This document shows, in pieces, positions 60,501 to 64,000 of a stretch of DNA of 64,000 nt. The stretch is taken from positions 1,612,001 to 1,676,000 of the forward strand of contig JAGIQG010000043.1 of assembly GCA_024679065.1 (NCBI GenBank), given 5' to 3'. This DNA is from Sphyrna mokarran (Eukaryota). Position 1 is the stretch's first letter. Every line of letters starts with the position of its first letter. The notes beneath the pieces were generated by a model. It was not told the origin of the DNA. It saw only the letters and a program-made list of their open reading frames with translations, and searched no databases. A program made the translations under genes and the position numbers.

Positions 60501-61420
60501 TATTCTCGTCCCTCTTAACATCCAAACTACTCAGGATCCCACCCCCCCTCTGAATCAGTTTAAAGCCCCCTGCATAGCCTTTGCAAATTTTCCCCCCAAG
60601 ATATTGGTTCCCCTCTGGTTCAGGTGTAGACCATCTCTCTTGTAGAGGTCCCACCTATCCCAGAATGAGTCCCAATTGTTCAGGAACCTGAACCCCTCCC
60701 TCCTGCACCATCCCCGCAGCCACGAGTTCAAACATTCCCTCTCTCTGTTCATCTCTAAACTATCCCGTGGCACAGGCAAGAGTCCAGAGATAACCACTCT
60801 GTCTGTTTTGGCCCTAAGCTTCCACCCCAACTCCATAAATTTCTGTTTAATATCCCCTTCCCTTGTCCTACCTACATCATGTGTCCCTACATGAACTATG
60901 ACTTGGGGCTGACTCCCCTCTCCCTTAAGAATCTTAAAAACCCGCTCAGAGACATCCTGGACCCCGGCCCCTGGGAGGCAACACACCAGCCCTGAGTCCC
61001 ATTTATTACTATTTACTCTCCTATCTGCCCCCTAACTATGGAGTCTCCAATTACCAATTTATAGAGTCAGAGAGAAAAACTCCGGCAAGCCTCCTAACGA
61101 CGACTTCCGGTTTCCAGTTAGTTTAAATAAACGGCAAAAAAACTACCACCGCTCGCTACTTTAACCGAAAAGAAAATGTTAAAAATTACTTAACACTCGA
61201 ACTTTACACTCGCCCAAATCGCTGCCTCTCCGTGCTGCTCCACAGGAACAATGAGGCCGATACCCAGAGGTTAGTACTTATATAGCTTAAAAACTACAAC
61301 TACCGGCAAGCCTCGTAATGACGACTTCCGGTTTCCAGTTAGTTTAAAAAAAAGGCAAAATAACTACCACCGCTCGCTACTTTAACCGAAAAGAAAATAT
61401 TAAAAATTAGTTAACACTCA
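57598..61420 (-). mobile_element. Near full-length CR1/HER1 LINE: 5'UTR, partial ORF1 (SGNH esterase-like), ORF2 (APE endonuclease plus RT)
   Basis: CCLPGA..VIVHVGTHD..DGLHLN (ORF1); YFNARSIRNK, MGDFNF, SDHN (endonuclease); 403-aa RT ORF; (GTTCTAT) tail. Frameshifts present. Confidence 0.95.
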
Positions 61421-61574
61421 TTGATGAGTCTCTGTGATTACATTGTGCTTCTCGACTCTCACCTCAGGGCTTCCATTTGAGACATGAAGTGCTTCTATCT
61501 TGCCGCCTTGCATGTGGCTGACATATCCAAAATTTATTATGGGGGCTACATATAAATCGGACGAAAAAAAATCT

Positions 61575-63955
61575 GAGGATTTAACCATGCACCAAAGAAA
61601 AACCAAGCAGCGTGCCATAATGAATATCAGACAGTGGCTCTGACATCTATCATTATGAAGGGCGTTGAAATGCTAGTCATGGCACAAATCAATTTCAGTC
61701 TCCCAGACTTCTTGGATCCACTACGGTTTGCCTGTGACTGCAACAGGCCCACAGCAGACGCCATCTCCCTGGCTCTGCCCCCCCAATCCTGGAACACCTA
61801 GATAACAAAGACACCGAATTCAAACTGCTACTTATCGACTGCAGACCATTCTTCAACACCATTATTCCCACGAAACTCATGTCCAAATTCCGGGGCCTGA
61901 TCCTCGGCCATTCACTCTGTGACTGGATCCTGAACTTCCTAAATCACGGACCAGAATAAGTAATGAAAGTCAACAATACCTCCTCCATGATCGTCTCCAG
62001 CACCGGTACCCCACAAGGCTGTGTTGTCAACCCCTTTACTATGCTCCCTGTGCACCGATGAGTGTGTGACCAAATTTCTCTCCAACTCAACTGATTCAGA
62101 CAGGGTTAAAAAATGGGATATTTAAAAAGAAACAAGGAGGCAGGGGAAAATACTGCAAGAAGATATTTCTACTGTTTTAAAATCAGCGGCAAGGTAGTAC
62201 AGTGGTTAGCACTGCTGCTTCACATCTCCAAGGACCTGAGTTCGATTCCCGGCTCGGGTCACTGTCTGTGTGGAGATTGCACATTCTCCTCGTTTCTGCG
62301 TGCGTTTCCTCCGGGTGCTCCGGTTTCCTCCCAGTCCAAGGATGTGTAGGTTAGGTTGATTGGCTATGCTAAAGTTGTCCCTTAGTATACGAAGATGCTT
62401 AGGTTAGAGAGATTAGCGGGTAAAATATGTAGATATGTGGGTGGGATTATGGTGGGTGCAGACTCAATGGGCCCAAGGACCTCTTTCTGCACTGTAGGAT
62501 TCTATGATTCAGAATTCGATTTTCAAATTTGCTGATGGCACCACCATATTGGATTAATCTCTAAAAATGATGAGACAGAATTTGGGAATCAGATAGCAAA
62601 TTTAGTGAACTGATACGGCAACAGTAATCTCTCCCTCAATGTCAACAAAACAAAGGAGATATTTATCCATTCCAGGAAGCATAAAGGAGAACATTTTCCT
62701 TTCTACATGAACGGAGACGAAGCATAAAGAGTAAACACACTCGAGTTTTACATTTTCAGATCATCTACAACATATCCTGGTCCCCCATGTCTGCACTATT
62801 GTTACGAAAGTCCACAATGCCTACTTTGTCAAAAGACAAAAGAAATTTGGTATGCCAGCTATGACTTTCAGAAACCTTTACAGATGCAGCATAGAAAACA
62901 TTCTTTCTGATTGTATCACAGCTTGGTATGGGCTCCTGCTCTGCCCAAGACCGCAAGGAACTACAGAAGATAGTAATGTAGCCCAATAGAACATAGAACA
63001 TAGAACATTACAGCGCAGTACAGGCCCTTCGGCCCTCGATGTTGCGCCGGCCAGTGGACCCTCTAACCTAAACTATTCCAAAATCATCCATATGCCTATC
63101 CACCGAACATTTGAATGCCCCCAAAGTAGGCGATCGATCACACAAACCAGCCTCCCATCCACAAACTCTGTCTACCCTTCCCACTGCCTCGGCAAAGCAG
63201 CCAACATAATTAAAGACCGCACACACCCCACACATTCTCTCTTCCAACTTCCTCCGTCGGACAAAAGATACAGAAGTCTGAGGTCACATACCAACCAACT
63301 CAAGAACAGTTTCTTCCCTGTAGTTGTCAGACTTTTACAAAGAACAAAGAGCAAAAGAACACGGGAAACAGCTCTTTGGCCCAATGAGCCCGCGCCACCA
63401 CTTCTACCCGTGATCCCTGTCTATGTTTATAATCTATGGATTGAAACCAAATTTGAGACAATTTAGGGAGAATTTGTTCTGCCAATCAGCTTAAGAGCAC
63501 ATCTTTGGGATGTGGGAGGAAACCGGAGCATCCGGAGAAAACCCGCGCAAGCACAGAGAGAATGTACAAACTCCCACAGATTTAGGCCCAAATCCATGTA
63601 CCTGCACAGCACAGCGATAGACACTGAGCTCTCGTGTTGCCCAAATAATGGTCCAGGTCAAGCGTACACCAACGACGTGAAACATTAGGGTACTCTTGAA
63701 AAATTCAAGAGCAGCTCTCTCATAACCCATCACGTGTACGCCCCTTGTTAGACAACAAGGCAGACCAAAGCCCCCATAGGATAAAAACAAATACATCAAT
63801 ATTGAAGGGACTTGAATGGACTTAACCTTGCATTACTGTGATTTTTTTTGCACCCTAACTATGCTTGAAAAATTAAAATCTGCACTCTCGTTTCCTTCTT
63901 TATGAACAGTATATTTGTCTGTATAGCGCGAAAGTTCGAATACTTTTCACTGTGT
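61575..63955 (+). mobile_element. Degenerate Rex1/Babar LINE with nested HE1 SINE (62185-62512), CR1 tail (62988-63135) and CR1 3'UTR (63335-63800)
   Basis: Decayed VALTSIIMK, LDPL.FA, TADAISLAL, LEHLDNKDT, GTPQGCV and KFADG motifs. Confidence 0.8.
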
Positions 63956-64000
63956 GGGATATTGATGTACTTGTTTTTATTCTACAGGTGCTTTGGTCCG

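Noticed and set aside
304-63799. The many short 60-160 aa ORFs in the track as host genes
   Set aside because: They are antisense or alternative frames of CR1/SINE copies, or low-complexity GA/GT tracts.

Overview
Eukaryotic, repeat-rich genomic DNA, almost certainly from a cartilaginous fish. Evidence is HE1/V-SINE-type SINEs, abundant CR1/HER1-type LINEs, and Rex1/Babar and Penelope remnants. Most ORFs in the supplied track are retroelement fragments or noise. Between the repeats lies a divergent (head-to-head) pair of multi-exon, non-rearranging antigen-receptor-like genes. Each encodes a germline-joined VJ domain, one C1-set domain, a Cys-containing stalk, a transmembrane segment and a cytoplasmic tail, like the VJ-C1/PRARP class of genes. 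Gene B (+ strand, 7 exons, 38464-51840, 331 aa) splices in frame end to end and ends in a PVYASL tyrosine motif. Gene A (- strand, V/C1/TM/cytoplasmic exons 18930-14093) carries three single-base deletions, so it is either a pseudogene or mis-assembled. A local inverted duplication has copied gene B's promoter and signal-peptide exon onto the - strand, where it is phase-compatible with gene A's V exon. A third, diverged copy of the same NFAT/RUNX-motif promoter core at ~1.7 kb hints at another paralog just left of the window. Secondary findings include covarying minimal hammerhead-ribozyme motifs in Penelope remnants, a CR1 family with a V-SINE core in its 3'UTR, and a CR1 insertion in frame with the V exon. 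All exon models were derived by hand from splice signals and reading phase; no database searches were run.
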